DNA of 22,444 bases from Myxococcota bacterium (GCA_036337435.1 JAYZEG010000077.1:1-22444); one strand, 5' to 3'; positions 1 through 9,576 are shown, counted from the first letter of the stretch. The notes: a model not told the origin generated them from the sequence alone. A program made the numbers and translations.

Positions 1-160
1 CAGCATTGAGTCCCTATCCGGAATATAAAAGCGAGTCACCTTACCAGTGTTTAGACGTAGATCAAGTCCCCTATTCAGTGGGACTTAGACTCGATAAGGT
101 TGCCGATGAACACCCGTTCGTGGTTAATGCCACAAGAGAGCCTACCTGCTCGGAGCCCAA

Positions 161-1216
161 TTGCGTCGCTTAGTTTACATATTGCCAATTCTCATCGCCG
201 TGGCGGTAGTCGATCAATGGCTGACAGACGATCGAAGCATAGGCTGGGAGCGCAACTCTGTGCGCAACTCCTTGGATCGCTGGGAAAACCGAACCCATTC
301 CCGGTTTGCCATCATGGGGTCTTCGACCTCAAAAGACTGGCTTCCGGGACGCTACCTCGAAAGCCTTTTTCAACTCAAGCGTGGTCAGGTTGTCGATGCT
401 CATATTAACGGGTGTCATCAGGGCTGCACCTGGAGCTCTGTTCGCCGGATGTTACAACGACATCGAATGAAACGGTGCCGCTGGAAAGGACCCAATCGCT
501 GCGAACCGACAAAGAAAAAGCGCTTCGATGCTGTGTTTTTTGGCACCAATTTATTCCAAATGTGTGAAGACGGTCATTCGAAACGGGTACTGCAACACCA
601 GTCCCTCCTTCCCACTCAAGATATCGGGCGACTATTCAAGATTTACGCATCAGCAAAGCGACCACTGGAACATATTGGTCGATATTTGGGCATGGCACTG
701 TCTGGCGCATACGGCGACACCCGAGCGATTCGTGATTATTGGTCAACAAAATTCCTTGGCCGAGGACCAGCGTCTTCGGAATATCGATGGTATCGTGCGC
801 GGCCAGAGTCGACGCAGCACGAGATCCTGAGCTGCGATTACGAGGCCGAGAATGTGGCTCTGAAATTAGCGTTCACAGCGGCCCTGTTAGACGACCTCAA
901 AGACTTGTCTGAAATGACCTATCTGATGTTGCTGCCCGACCAAAGCCGAGCCCTCAAAGAGCCTCTCCATCAGCAGCGTTGGGCGGCCCATATTGCCGCT
1001 CACGAAAAGCTCGTTTCCAGGCGTCCTTGGGTGAAACTTCTCGATCTTTCAGCCCCGGATTTTATTAGGGCGCATCACTTCAAGGACGGTTTTCATTTAA
1101 AGCGGAGTGCCTACAAGGAACAGCAACAACGCCTTCGAAATGCATTGGACGCTCAAGGCGCGCTTCCCCCCAAAAAGGCGAAGGAACCTGCGACAAAACA
1201 AAAGGTCAATAAATGA
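161..1216 (+). CDS. SGNH-hydrolase-like membrane-anchored protein (DltD/AlgJ/PatB-like partner of the MBOAT)
   Basis: N-terminal hydrophobic anchor. SGNH-like blocks in order: IMGSST (Ser), INGC (Gly), FGTN (Asn), FKDGFH (DxxH). Its stop overlaps the MBOAT start. The TTG start is uncertain. Confidence 0.7.
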   Translation: MRRLVYILPILIAVAVVDQWLTDDRSIGWERNSVRNSLDRWENRTHSRFAIMGSSTSKDWLPGRYLESLFQLKRGQVVDAHINGCHQGCTWSSVRRMLQRHRMKRCRWKGPNRCEPTKKKRFDAVFFGTNLFQMCEDGHSKRVLQHQSLLPTQDIGRLFKIYASAKRPLEHIGRYLGMALSGAYGDTRAIRDYWSTKFLGRGPASSEYRWYRARPESTQHEILSCDYEAENVALKLAFTAALLDDLKDLSEMTYLMLLPDQSRALKEPLHQQRWAAHIAAHEKLVSRRPWVKLLDLSAPDFIRAHHFKDGFHLKRSAYKEQQQRLRNALDAQGALPPKKAKEPATKQKVNK

Positions 1217-2667
1217 TCTTCACCACACCAGATTTTGTCGTTTTTTTCTGTGTTTTCTTTTGGATCTGGACGCTGTCGGGAGGTCGCACGAGGAAGTGGC
1301 TTTTGCTGTTCGCATCGTACCTCTTCTACGGCAGTTGGAATCCAAAATTTCTGTTGCTCATCGTCATGTCAACATGGGTGGATTTTTCAATCGGGCGCCG
1401 CTTGGAGCAAACCGAGGATGAGGCTCGGAGGAGTCGCCTCGTCGCCATCAGTGTCTGTTTCAACTTGGGCACGCTCGCCGTTTTTAAATATTTTAACTTT
1501 TTCATCGACTCAGCAGTTCAAGCTTTGAATGCAGTTGGATTTGCAGCTTCAACATCAAGTCTGGAAATCATTCTGCCAGTGGGCATCTCTTTCTACACAT
1601 TTCAGACCATGAGCTATACCATCGACATTTACCGCCGGGAAATGGCCGCGACACGAGACCCCCTCGACTTCGCTATTTATGTCGCCTTCTTTCCGCAGTT
1701 AGTCGCAGGCCCCATCGAACGAGCGAACCGCTTACTCCCTCAAATCGAATCCATTCAAACCCAGTCCCGCTATGACTCAAGCGGGTGGGGATTAATCGCC
1801 ATCGGCTGCTTTAAAAAAGTTGTCATAGCAGACAATCTCGCCCATATCGTCGACGCCGTTTATAGCAATCCCAGCGGGGTTTACGGGCCCGCGCTCTGGT
1901 TGGCAACCTACGCCTTTGCAATTCAAATATACTGCGATTTCTCAGGGTATTCCGACATTGCCGTTGGCCTGGCTCGACTCTTGGGCATCCAGCTTATCCA
2001 AAACTTCGAGGCGCCCTATGCCGCAGCGACGCCATCGGAGTTTTGGCGACGGTGGCATATTTCACTCAGCACATGGCTTCGAGATTATTTGTACATTCCG
2101 CTCGGTGGTAATCGTGGGACTCAGTGGAACACATATCGCAATCTTATGCTCACAATGCTCCTCGGAGGCCTCTGGCATGGCGCAGCCTGGAATTTTATTT
2201 TATGGGGAGCATGGCACGGCTTATTGCTCGCGCTGTTTAGAATGTATCAAAAACGGAGACCAGTTAACGCGTCCATTAAGGGACACACCAACGCGGTATC
2301 GCTCCTTTTGAAGCGACTCGTCTTTTTTCACTTGGTCTGCCTCGGCTGGGCATTATTTAGAGCACAGAATCTGACTGATTGTGGTGTTTTAATCAGTGGA
2401 TTACTCACAGTCTGGGATTGGCAATGGCTTCCTTGGACGCGCGCAGTGGCTGCGTCTGGTCTCACCGGTTCGCTCATTCTGGGTGCCGTCGCTTGCGCGC
2501 TGATGTTGGCAGCACAGTGGGTCTATCCATACGGTTCAAATAGACTTGTTGCTCGAATCTGGCGTCTCCCGAGACCACTCATTTTTGTCTTCGTGACCGG
2601 CTGCCTGTATTGCGCGGTGTTGGCTGCACCTGAGCAAGCCCCCCCGTTCATCTACTTCCAATTCTAG
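1213..2667 (+). CDS. MBOAT family O-acyltransferase (AlgI/PatA/DltB-like)
   Basis: Hallmark motifs LPVGISFYTFQ, FFPQLVAGPIER, QIYCDFSGYSD, EFWRRWHISLSTWLRDYLYIPLGG, GLWHGA (catalytic His) and C-terminal FIYFQF. Confidence 0.95.
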   Translation: MIFTTPDFVVFFCVFFWIWTLSGGRTRKWLLLFASYLFYGSWNPKFLLLIVMSTWVDFSIGRRLEQTEDEARRSRLVAISVCFNLGTLAVFKYFNFFIDSAVQALNAVGFAASTSSLEIILPVGISFYTFQTMSYTIDIYRREMAATRDPLDFAIYVAFFPQLVAGPIERANRLLPQIESIQTQSRYDSSGWGLIAIGCFKKVVIADNLAHIVDAVYSNPSGVYGPALWLATYAFAIQIYCDFSGYSDIAVGLARLLGIQLIQNFEAPYAAATPSEFWRRWHISLSTWLRDYLYIPLGGNRGTQWNTYRNLMLTMLLGGLWHGAAWNFILWGAWHGLLLALFRMYQKRRPVNASIKGHTNAVSLLLKRLVFFHLVCLGWALFRAQNLTDCGVLISGLLTVWDWQWLPWTRAVAASGLTGSLILGAVACALMLAAQWVYPYGSNRLVARIWRLPRPLIFVFVTGCLYCAVLAAPEQAPPFIYFQF

Positions 2668-2844
2668 CTGAGGCGATTTGAAATACTCACCTGGCCCGAA
2701 TTCGACCCGTTTTTTTGAGCACGGAAAAACAAAAACATAAGCAACTAATTTTACAGGTAAAAAAACCTTTAGCCATTTACGTCAAGAGCGTTTCATGATA
2801 CCCCTCCCGTCTCTTAATCACTACGCATCACCATCGGGGTTAAT

Positions 2845-5253
2845 GTGAACAATTTTAGTATGTTAGTAAGTCTCCTCGTCTGCCTGGCTTATGGCTGCGA
2901 AGATGGTCCAAAACAGGTTTTTACGCCGCTGAGTTCAAATGACGTCTTACCCGAGTCAAGTGGCGTTGCCTGGACGCCCGATGGAGAGCGCGCATTTTCG
3001 ACGGAACAAGAAGGCGGTGATGCCATTGGTCGCGCGCGATTTTGCGATGAGAATACAGCGGAGGAGCAAATTCGTGCGATGGTGGTCGCACCGATCATCC
3101 CAGATGTCTCCATTGGAACCATTCCGTTGCTGGGCCCAGATGGTCAGTCTTACTTGGCTGATGACCTCTTAGGCACCCCTGAAACCGACAAATATTGCGA
3201 TCCAACGCAAGAGTATGCGGATGCGTTTGTTTGGGGGCCAACACAAGAAGTGATTGTTTTATTCGACAGTGAAACCCGTCTTGTCGATGCAGTCATCGCC
3301 TATCAATCGTATTTGGGTGCAATGACTGGGACTGTCACCATCGATGGCGAGCCCACCGAAATTACGATTCAACCGAGAGAGCGAATCACAATCGGTGACA
3401 CCGAGCTCACAGAATACGCGGGCAGCGAAGAACGAAACCAGACTCAAAACTCATTTTTGAATGAAGCCAACGTGACCAAGATGTACGGCATGATTCGAGA
3501 AACATTCTTTGGCGACGAGCCCTTGCCTGCGGATTACAACTGTATCGAATCGAAGTTATGCCGAATCGTCTACACGGCCCCGAATCAGGAGACGACTCCG
3601 CAAGATTCATTCATTATTTTTGAGGATTCTGGTCTACAAGTCCGCATGACACCGGACGGCTACGTTGTTCTGGTCTATGCGGAGCCTGTGCGAGTTGCTC
3701 CGTTCGAGATCAGCAGTGAAATCGACTTAGGAGACGGCGATTTCACCCCAGTGCTGACGAGTCTATCCAAAGAGGGCTGCGTCTTAGACTTGTCAGCCGA
3801 ATCAACCTGGTCTGCTTTTCTGGAAAACTGCGTGACCACAGACGCCGCTCGCAACCGCATCAGCTACGATGTCCATTCTCAACGTGATGCCGTGACAGCC
3901 AAATTCAATGGCATCAATTTGGAGTTTAAACGTCAAACATCAGAGGCAGGCATCTTCGCCGACGGCGAACAACCGGGTGCCGACGACATTCTCTATGAGA
4001 TGACATGGACATTGAGCATGTCCGCCCCGATTTCAAACTATATACCGGCCCTATTGGCGAGGGGGTATCGGAGCCGTCTAAATCGACGTTTACGGAACAG
4101 CATCAGCGCGGATGCCCCTGACGACCATCCCTTAAAGACCTATGCAATCTCATTACCCGAAACGCTTCTGAGTCAACTTGAGCCCTATCCCTTGGACGTC
4201 ATTGCTGTCGATCCCGCAAATGGCGACGATACCAATTGGATCAGGGGAATTGTGACCGACATCATCGAAATTTATCAGAATCTCAGTCCCGCTGAGAGGG
4301 CCATGGTCGACCCTCGAATCAGCCAACCAATTTATCTGATCGAACCATTCGTCGAAGTTGCCCTCAACCAATTGTCGGGCGGCCGAACAGATTCGCCCGG
4401 TGCCTTTGTCGCACTTCGATCAACGGATGACCTTAATTGGTCCATCGGCTACGGCCATTTCGTTCAGGATGGCATCGCCTATCGACTCGTCGTCCAGTTC
4501 TCCAACAGCTACGGTGCCATTACCGCCGTGACTATTTCCAGAGGCTACAGCGAAATCGATGAAATTTACGCCGGAATAAATGCATCGATACGCGGTCGAA
4601 CTGATGCCGATGATTATCCTTATTATCAACTCGACTTATCTCGAATTGAAGCAGACGTGAATCCATACGCGCTCGGCGGCGACGCCATGATTATCACCGA
4701 CTTTGACCGACAACTCGAGACCGTAACCGTGAATTTAAAGACCATTACGCCGTCTGGGGCCGTCGGTCGAAAGACGTTAATCGTGCCTGGCTCAACGATC
4801 AATGACCGTGGCGGTTATACGCGCCAAGTCGCAGGTGAGCGCTTCGAGTTTGTGCCAGCGTCTAATGTGAGGCTCTTGGGTAAAGAGACTGTCATGGACT
4901 TCTGGGTCGAAGGCGATGGCACCATCGGCAGCGTGGCCGAGTATTTATTTAAAGGACAAATCAAGCTTTGCGACGGGCCAACGATATTCCCGCCGGCCGA
5001 TCCCAACGCGCCCCCGGGCACACCAGAACCAGAGCCTGTAGACCAAACTCTATTTGTGGAATACGGGGACGACCTGCCAAAGCGACTGGAGGAGTGGCGC
5101 GCCCTGGTCGGCGATGACACCTATCGCGACTGCCAAATCCTTTACAACTATTCATCGGATGGGAATGTGTTGGATGCCGTCATATCCCTAAAAACAAAGA
5201 CATCCTTCGTGACCATTGCTGACCGGGCTGTCACAGCTCGAATCTGGAAATAA
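2845..5253 (+). CDS. Hypothetical acidic lipoprotein, 802 aa
   Basis: Long ORF with a hydrophobic N-terminus ending in lipobox-like LAYG|C. GTG start at 2845, alternative ATG at 2860. Ends 11 nt before the next gene. No family recognised. Confidence 0.8.
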   Translation: MNNFSMLVSLLVCLAYGCEDGPKQVFTPLSSNDVLPESSGVAWTPDGERAFSTEQEGGDAIGRARFCDENTAEEQIRAMVVAPIIPDVSIGTIPLLGPDGQSYLADDLLGTPETDKYCDPTQEYADAFVWGPTQEVIVLFDSETRLVDAVIAYQSYLGAMTGTVTIDGEPTEITIQPRERITIGDTELTEYAGSEERNQTQNSFLNEANVTKMYGMIRETFFGDEPLPADYNCIESKLCRIVYTAPNQETTPQDSFIIFEDSGLQVRMTPDGYVVLVYAEPVRVAPFEISSEIDLGDGDFTPVLTSLSKEGCVLDLSAESTWSAFLENCVTTDAARNRISYDVHSQRDAVTAKFNGINLEFKRQTSEAGIFADGEQPGADDILYEMTWTLSMSAPISNYIPALLARGYRSRLNRRLRNSISADAPDDHPLKTYAISLPETLLSQLEPYPLDVIAVDPANGDDTNWIRGIVTDIIEIYQNLSPAERAMVDPRISQPIYLIEPFVEVALNQLSGGRTDSPGAFVALRSTDDLNWSIGYGHFVQDGIAYRLVVQFSNSYGAITAVTISRGYSEIDEIYAGINASIRGRTDADDYPYYQLDLSRIEADVNPYALGGDAMIITDFDRQLETVTVNLKTITPSGAVGRKTLIVPGSTINDRGGYTRQVAGERFEFVPASNVRLLGKETVMDFWVEGDGTIGSVAEYLFKGQIKLCDGPTIFPPADPNAPPGTPEPEPVDQTLFVEYGDDLPKRLEEWRALVGDDTYRDCQILYNYSSDGNVLDAVISLKTKTSFVTIADRAVTARIWK

Positions 5254-5264
5254 GGAGCGCCAAA

Positions 5265-8200
5265 ATGATTCAATCCCTGAACAAAACGCTCATTCTCTTG
5301 ACAGTCCTCTCGACATTTACAGCCTGCGTGGACCATCGGCCTGTCCGCAACGGATTGAGAGACGAATCCGTCTATCTGGACAAGGCAACCCTACTCAATG
5401 CGCAGGCTGACCATGAAAACTATTGGTTAATGAAATCGACCGTCATCGGGGCCAGTTCTCCGAATATCGTCGGTGACTATGCATTTCCGGGCTTTGAAAG
5501 TGAACTGAAGATGGTTCAATTTCGATTCACCGAGACCAACCTCCAGGTCTTAGATGGCTTACGTTATCAAGCAGACGACTTGGATAATCCAAATGACGAC
5601 ACGCCGACCCGTCTCGAACGGATGATCATGGAGTTCAATGGTGCTCACGTCGATGTCAAACTCCGAGAGAGTCTAGATGGAGAACGAACAAATTTTCTCG
5701 AGGAGAACTACGAAGAGCCTTGGCGTAGACGGCAACAGTTCAAAGTCGATTTTGAAACCAGCAGTATGGACCCAGTTGCCGCAATATCATGGTTTTACGG
5801 TGAGTGGACCCACGAATGTGGTCGACCGATCAGCACACAACTTGTCCCCGATTCGTTTGAATTCGATGAGGAAGGTCGACACATCAGCTGGGTCCTCGAA
5901 GTCAATTACATGCTCACCATCGGTGGTTATTGCTGGGCCGACCAGGCGACCTGGGTAACCGGCACAGAGACAGCGACGGTGCGCTATCGACTCTCGTTCT
6001 ATCAGCCACCCAAAGTGGCCGATGATGACCCGGAGAAGTATGAACCACAAATCATCGATGAGAAGGATCCAGTAAACAAAAAATACGGTGCTTTTCAGCA
6101 CCTCAACGTGTTTAAAGACAGTGAAACGGGTCTACTCGACGCACACAGTTTACTCAACCGATTCAATCCCAAACGAACAGACCCGGTGGTCTTCTATTTC
6201 CATGAAGGCTTTCCGCCTCGTTTCAAGCCCATGTTCGACGAGATAAAGGCCCAAACAAATGCCGTTTTTGAATCAGCTGGAGCCAACCTGAGAATTGATT
6301 TCCAAGAGTGGAACGCCGATGGGATCGAACGCAACTTTGGTGATATTCGTTATAGTTTCGTGGTCTGGCATCAAGACATCGATACGACCCGCGGCCTGTT
6401 AGGTTACGGCCCTTCATCGGTCAATCCTGTTACCGGTGAAAAGGTCTCGGCGAACCTTCATCTGTACAACATTGGCATGGATTACTACCGTTTCATGATT
6501 CAGGACTACCTGGAGACCAATGGCGCGCAGGCTGAAGGTGACACCGCCTGGGAAGAAATCGCCTGCGAGACGGGCGAGACCCTTATTCCAGCCGACAACA
6601 GTAAACAGCTTCAAGCCGGCCTGTTTAAAGAGATGCGCCGAACGCTCGAGATCGATGAACCCACCGAGGAGATCGATCCGACCAGCCAGTTCATTCCAAC
6701 CCCCCAGCAAGGCGAAGAGAGCTTCATCGAAAATTACATGCGGCTCCTGCCCGAATATCGCTATGTGAGACCGGAATGGAATGAGTACATGTGGCGCACG
6801 TCCGGCCGAAATATTTTTGCCCGCTATGCCGATAGACTGGCTATCGAACAAGAATACAACAATACGATGCACGACATTCTACATGGGGATAATCCATTTG
6901 GTGATGTCCAGCTTCACACTCGAGCCGGCATTGAGGCACAAAATCAATTCAGTCAGAAAATGCGCGAATGGCGTCGAAACTCAGCTGAGCTCCATGCCGA
7001 TGAATCGTTTCTCCTGGGTCGACAAAATGTCAGTGTCTTCAACGCCTATGACGCGCTGAGTGCTGCCAAATCGGGGGCGAGGAAATGCATCGATGGAAAG
7101 TGGGAATCCAACAGCGAATTCACTGAGCGAATCATCGAGGATGTTGTCTTTCATATCGCCATCCATGAATTGGGTCACAACTTAAGCCTAAGGCACAATT
7201 TCTATGGCAGTGTAGACGCCGCACACATGGAAGAAAACGACCTGTCTTCGTCCGTCATGGATTACATCTGGTCAGCTTACGAAGCCGGTACAAATAGAAC
7301 TTGGGGTCCATACGATGTCGCGGCGCTGAAGTGGATTTATGGCACAGAAGAGATTCGGGCAGATGTCATGTCAGAGGACTACCTGTATTGCACCGATGAA
7401 CATCGATTTAGGTCACCACTGTGCCGTGCTCATGACATTGGGATCACGCCATCACAGATCGTCCTCAATGCCATAGAACGATATGACTGGCTCTACAATT
7501 TCCGAAATCGCCGAGCATACCGTAAATTCTGGGATACAGGCTGGTACAACAGCCAGGTCGCAGGCTCAATCTATCCCTTACTGCGTATGTGGTACTTGGC
7601 CATCTTCGATTGGGGCGGTGGCGGCGTCCAAGAAATCTTAAAGCGCCAAGATCAAGTGGATGAATCACGCAGTGTTTTGACGGACCAAGAGTACGACGAA
7701 ATTTCTATCGACTTCTACAATGACATTTCGGCATCGATGGACATGATTATGGCCTTCTACGATGCCATCATCAACCAGCCCGCCAGTCTGAGAAATTACC
7801 AAACCGAATATGACCCGTACTATGGAGATGTCATCCGGCTCGGAATTGTCCTGGACAAACTGCATGCGGTCTATGCCTTTATGGATGTCCAAGAGGTCTA
7901 CGATTACTCACCCAATATCTATACCTATGTGGCCATGTATGACGCGCCGTTTGGCTCCAAGAATAGTGCACTGGCACAGCGCGTAATGGACAATATGCTG
8001 GGCAGCAGCTACGACACATTCCGCTGGTTTCGATACCTCGGCATTAATCTCTTTGCTTGGGCGACCAACGGCAATGATATCGGCAACATCGCGCTCAAGG
8101 AGCGGATTGCAATCCGTCGATTTGAAACCCGCGCTGAATTTGTGGAAGAGTTCGGTGACGAAGCACTGTTCTCGGCTCGCGCCGAGGACAACCCTGCTCA

Positions 8201-8417
8201 ATTCTTCATTCACAACGGTGAACAATGGATTTATACATACTTGCCGGACCAGGGTTGGCACCTCGTCGCCAATGAATCGCGCAGCCCCGTTAGCTACCGA
8301 TTTATCAAAGAGTACAACGAGTCGATCAATGCCGATGCAGACGGGGGCCAAGACAATTTTGGTTTGAAGATCCTGCTCGCTTACTACGAGTACTATAATG
8401 TGTTTGCAGGTTTCTAG
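5265..8417 (+). CDS. Zinc-dependent metalloprotease lipoprotein (metzincin, EcxA/DUF4953-like)
   Basis: AAGGAG RBS; lipobox FTA|C; GDIRYS and GYGPSSVNPVTGE motifs; HELGHNLSLRH zinc motif (7164-7196); Met-turn SSVMDY; downstream GPYDVAALKWIY and YCTDEH. Confidence 0.9.
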   Translation: MIQSLNKTLILLTVLSTFTACVDHRPVRNGLRDESVYLDKATLLNAQADHENYWLMKSTVIGASSPNIVGDYAFPGFESELKMVQFRFTETNLQVLDGLRYQADDLDNPNDDTPTRLERMIMEFNGAHVDVKLRESLDGERTNFLEENYEEPWRRRQQFKVDFETSSMDPVAAISWFYGEWTHECGRPISTQLVPDSFEFDEEGRHISWVLEVNYMLTIGGYCWADQATWVTGTETATVRYRLSFYQPPKVADDDPEKYEPQIIDEKDPVNKKYGAFQHLNVFKDSETGLLDAHSLLNRFNPKRTDPVVFYFHEGFPPRFKPMFDEIKAQTNAVFESAGANLRIDFQEWNADGIERNFGDIRYSFVVWHQDIDTTRGLLGYGPSSVNPVTGEKVSANLHLYNIGMDYYRFMIQDYLETNGAQAEGDTAWEEIACETGETLIPADNSKQLQAGLFKEMRRTLEIDEPTEEIDPTSQFIPTPQQGEESFIENYMRLLPEYRYVRPEWNEYMWRTSGRNIFARYADRLAIEQEYNNTMHDILHGDNPFGDVQLHTRAGIEAQNQFSQKMREWRRNSAELHADESFLLGRQNVSVFNAYDALSAAKSGARKCIDGKWESNSEFTERIIEDVVFHIAIHELGHNLSLRHNFYGSVDAAHMEENDLSSSVMDYIWSAYEAGTNRTWGPYDVAALKWIYGTEEIRADVMSEDYLYCTDEHRFRSPLCRAHDIGITPSQIVLNAIERYDWLYNFRNRRAYRKFWDTGWYNSQVAGSIYPLLRMWYLAIFDWGGGGVQEILKRQDQVDESRSVLTDQEYDEISIDFYNDISASMDMIMAFYDAIINQPASLRNYQTEYDPYYGDVIRLGIVLDKLHAVYAFMDVQEVYDYSPNIYTYVAMYDAPFGSKNSALAQRVMDNMLGSSYDTFRWFRYLGINLFAWATNGNDIGNIALKERIAIRRFETRAEFVEEFGDEALFSARAEDNPAQFFIHNGEQWIYTYLPDQGWHLVANESRSPVSYRFIKEYNESINADADGGQDNFGLKILLAYYEYYNVFAGF

Positions 8418-8418
8418 C

Positions 8419-9408
8419 ATGGGTCGGCTTTTGCCATACCTGCTCATGTGCTGCTGTGCCGCCAAGACTGCATATGCAAAGCAGAACGACACAAAGACCA
8501 AAGTTGCCTCAGCAGCGAGCAGCGAAAATGCATCTGACGAGACTGAGCAGGTGGCTAATCAGGTGCCCGAGGACACATCAGACACGTCCGCGGCTGCAGC
8601 ACTTATCGATGGCAGTGTGGCCGCTTCCGCGCGGGTGTTTAGCGTGTTTTTCACATCCAGCTATTCAATGCTTGCCGTGAGCGATGAAGACCCGATGAAT
8701 GACCGCTCGATGAACTACTGGCTGGCAACATCAGTCGCCCTGCCGGTCGAGGGTCTGCGGATCCACGCCGACGGAGGTCTCTCTGAATTTTTTACCGCAG
8801 AAGAGGAGGACTCTGCATTTCGGCTCACCGATATGGCACTAGGCGCGTCATTTGGCCACGCTCTGTTTCCCGACAGACGCTTACGCTTGCTACATCGTTT
8901 GAATGCGTGGCTGCCAACGTCACGGATAAGCCAGCAACGGGCGCTATTCCTCGCACCAACACTACTGACAAACGGCTCCTACAAGCTGCTCAGCCGCCTT
9001 CGATTCACCTATCGGTTATTTACGCAATATCGCTGGCATAGGTACGCAGAAACCGCCAGTGGACTTGCAATGAACACCCAATGGATAGTCGGCCAACGTG
9101 TCGGCTTTATTGTCAGTGCACTGAGCCATCCGAGCATCGGTCAGCTCAGCATCGCCGGTGGAGCAGGCTTCAACTGGAACAAACGCTACTCATCAAGCGA
9201 TCACCACGCAAGCCCGACCTCGGACCCTGCACTTTGGACACAATCGCTCGCCTGGAATTTAAGTCTTCAATACGTCCCCCTCAATTGGCTGGTTGCATCA
9301 GCCGGACTCAGCCACGGTAGCCCAATTCGTCGCAACGGCGTTCGCAATCCCTTTTTTATTCATCGCGACATGACTGAACTTAACGTTTCCATCACATTGA
9401 TGTATTAA
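8419..9408 (+). CDS. Putative outer-membrane beta-barrel protein
   Basis: ATG 1 nt after the protease stop. Signal peptide ending AYA, then a low-complexity acidic linker and many alternating amphipathic strands (FTYRLFTQYRW, GGAGFNWNK, LAWNLSLQYVP, LVASAGLSHG). C-terminal ELNVSITLMY resembles a BAM beta-signal. Confidence 0.7.
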   Translation: MGRLLPYLLMCCCAAKTAYAKQNDTKTKVASAASSENASDETEQVANQVPEDTSDTSAAAALIDGSVAASARVFSVFFTSSYSMLAVSDEDPMNDRSMNYWLATSVALPVEGLRIHADGGLSEFFTAEEEDSAFRLTDMALGASFGHALFPDRRLRLLHRLNAWLPTSRISQQRALFLAPTLLTNGSYKLLSRLRFTYRLFTQYRWHRYAETASGLAMNTQWIVGQRVGFIVSALSHPSIGQLSIAGGAGFNWNKRYSSSDHHASPTSDPALWTQSLAWNLSLQYVPLNWLVASAGLSHGSPIRRNGVRNPFFIHRDMTELNVSITLMY

Positions 9409-9554
9409 ACGAGCAGGAACCGGGGTGGTGCTGTGGCCAAAGCACAGGCACCAAATCTAATTGATGGCATAACCGAAAAGCACGGGTTTGGCCGTCCACC
9501 TATTTTTTGGGAAACCTTTTGTCTCATGAAACAGTCTAAGGCCGTCCGAAAGAT

Positions 9555-9576
9555 AGTAACTGAGCACTCACTTACT
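9555..9576. promoter_or_regulatory. Palindromic operator, probable binding site of the adjacent TetR
   Basis: AGTAA-C-TGAG-CA-CTCA-C-TTACT is self-complementary at 18 of 22 positions and lies immediately before the GGAG RBS (9577-9580) of tetR. Confidence 0.7.

Noticed and set aside
2668..2844. Terminator or promoter in the AT-rich spacer before the lipoprotein operon
   Set aside because: A promoter is likely somewhere here, but I found only 4-bp stems and weak -35/-10 matches, so no specific site is supportable.
7908..8501. 197-aa minus-strand ORF and other short ORFs nested in long genes (e.g. 6414-6872, 16509-17027, 20110-20586)
   Set aside because: They lie within well-supported genes on another strand or frame and show no recognisable motifs.
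9490..9547. GGCCGTCC repeated 50 bp apart upstream of tetR
   Set aside because: Two copies of an 8-mer are compatible with chance, and the palindrome is the better operator candidate.
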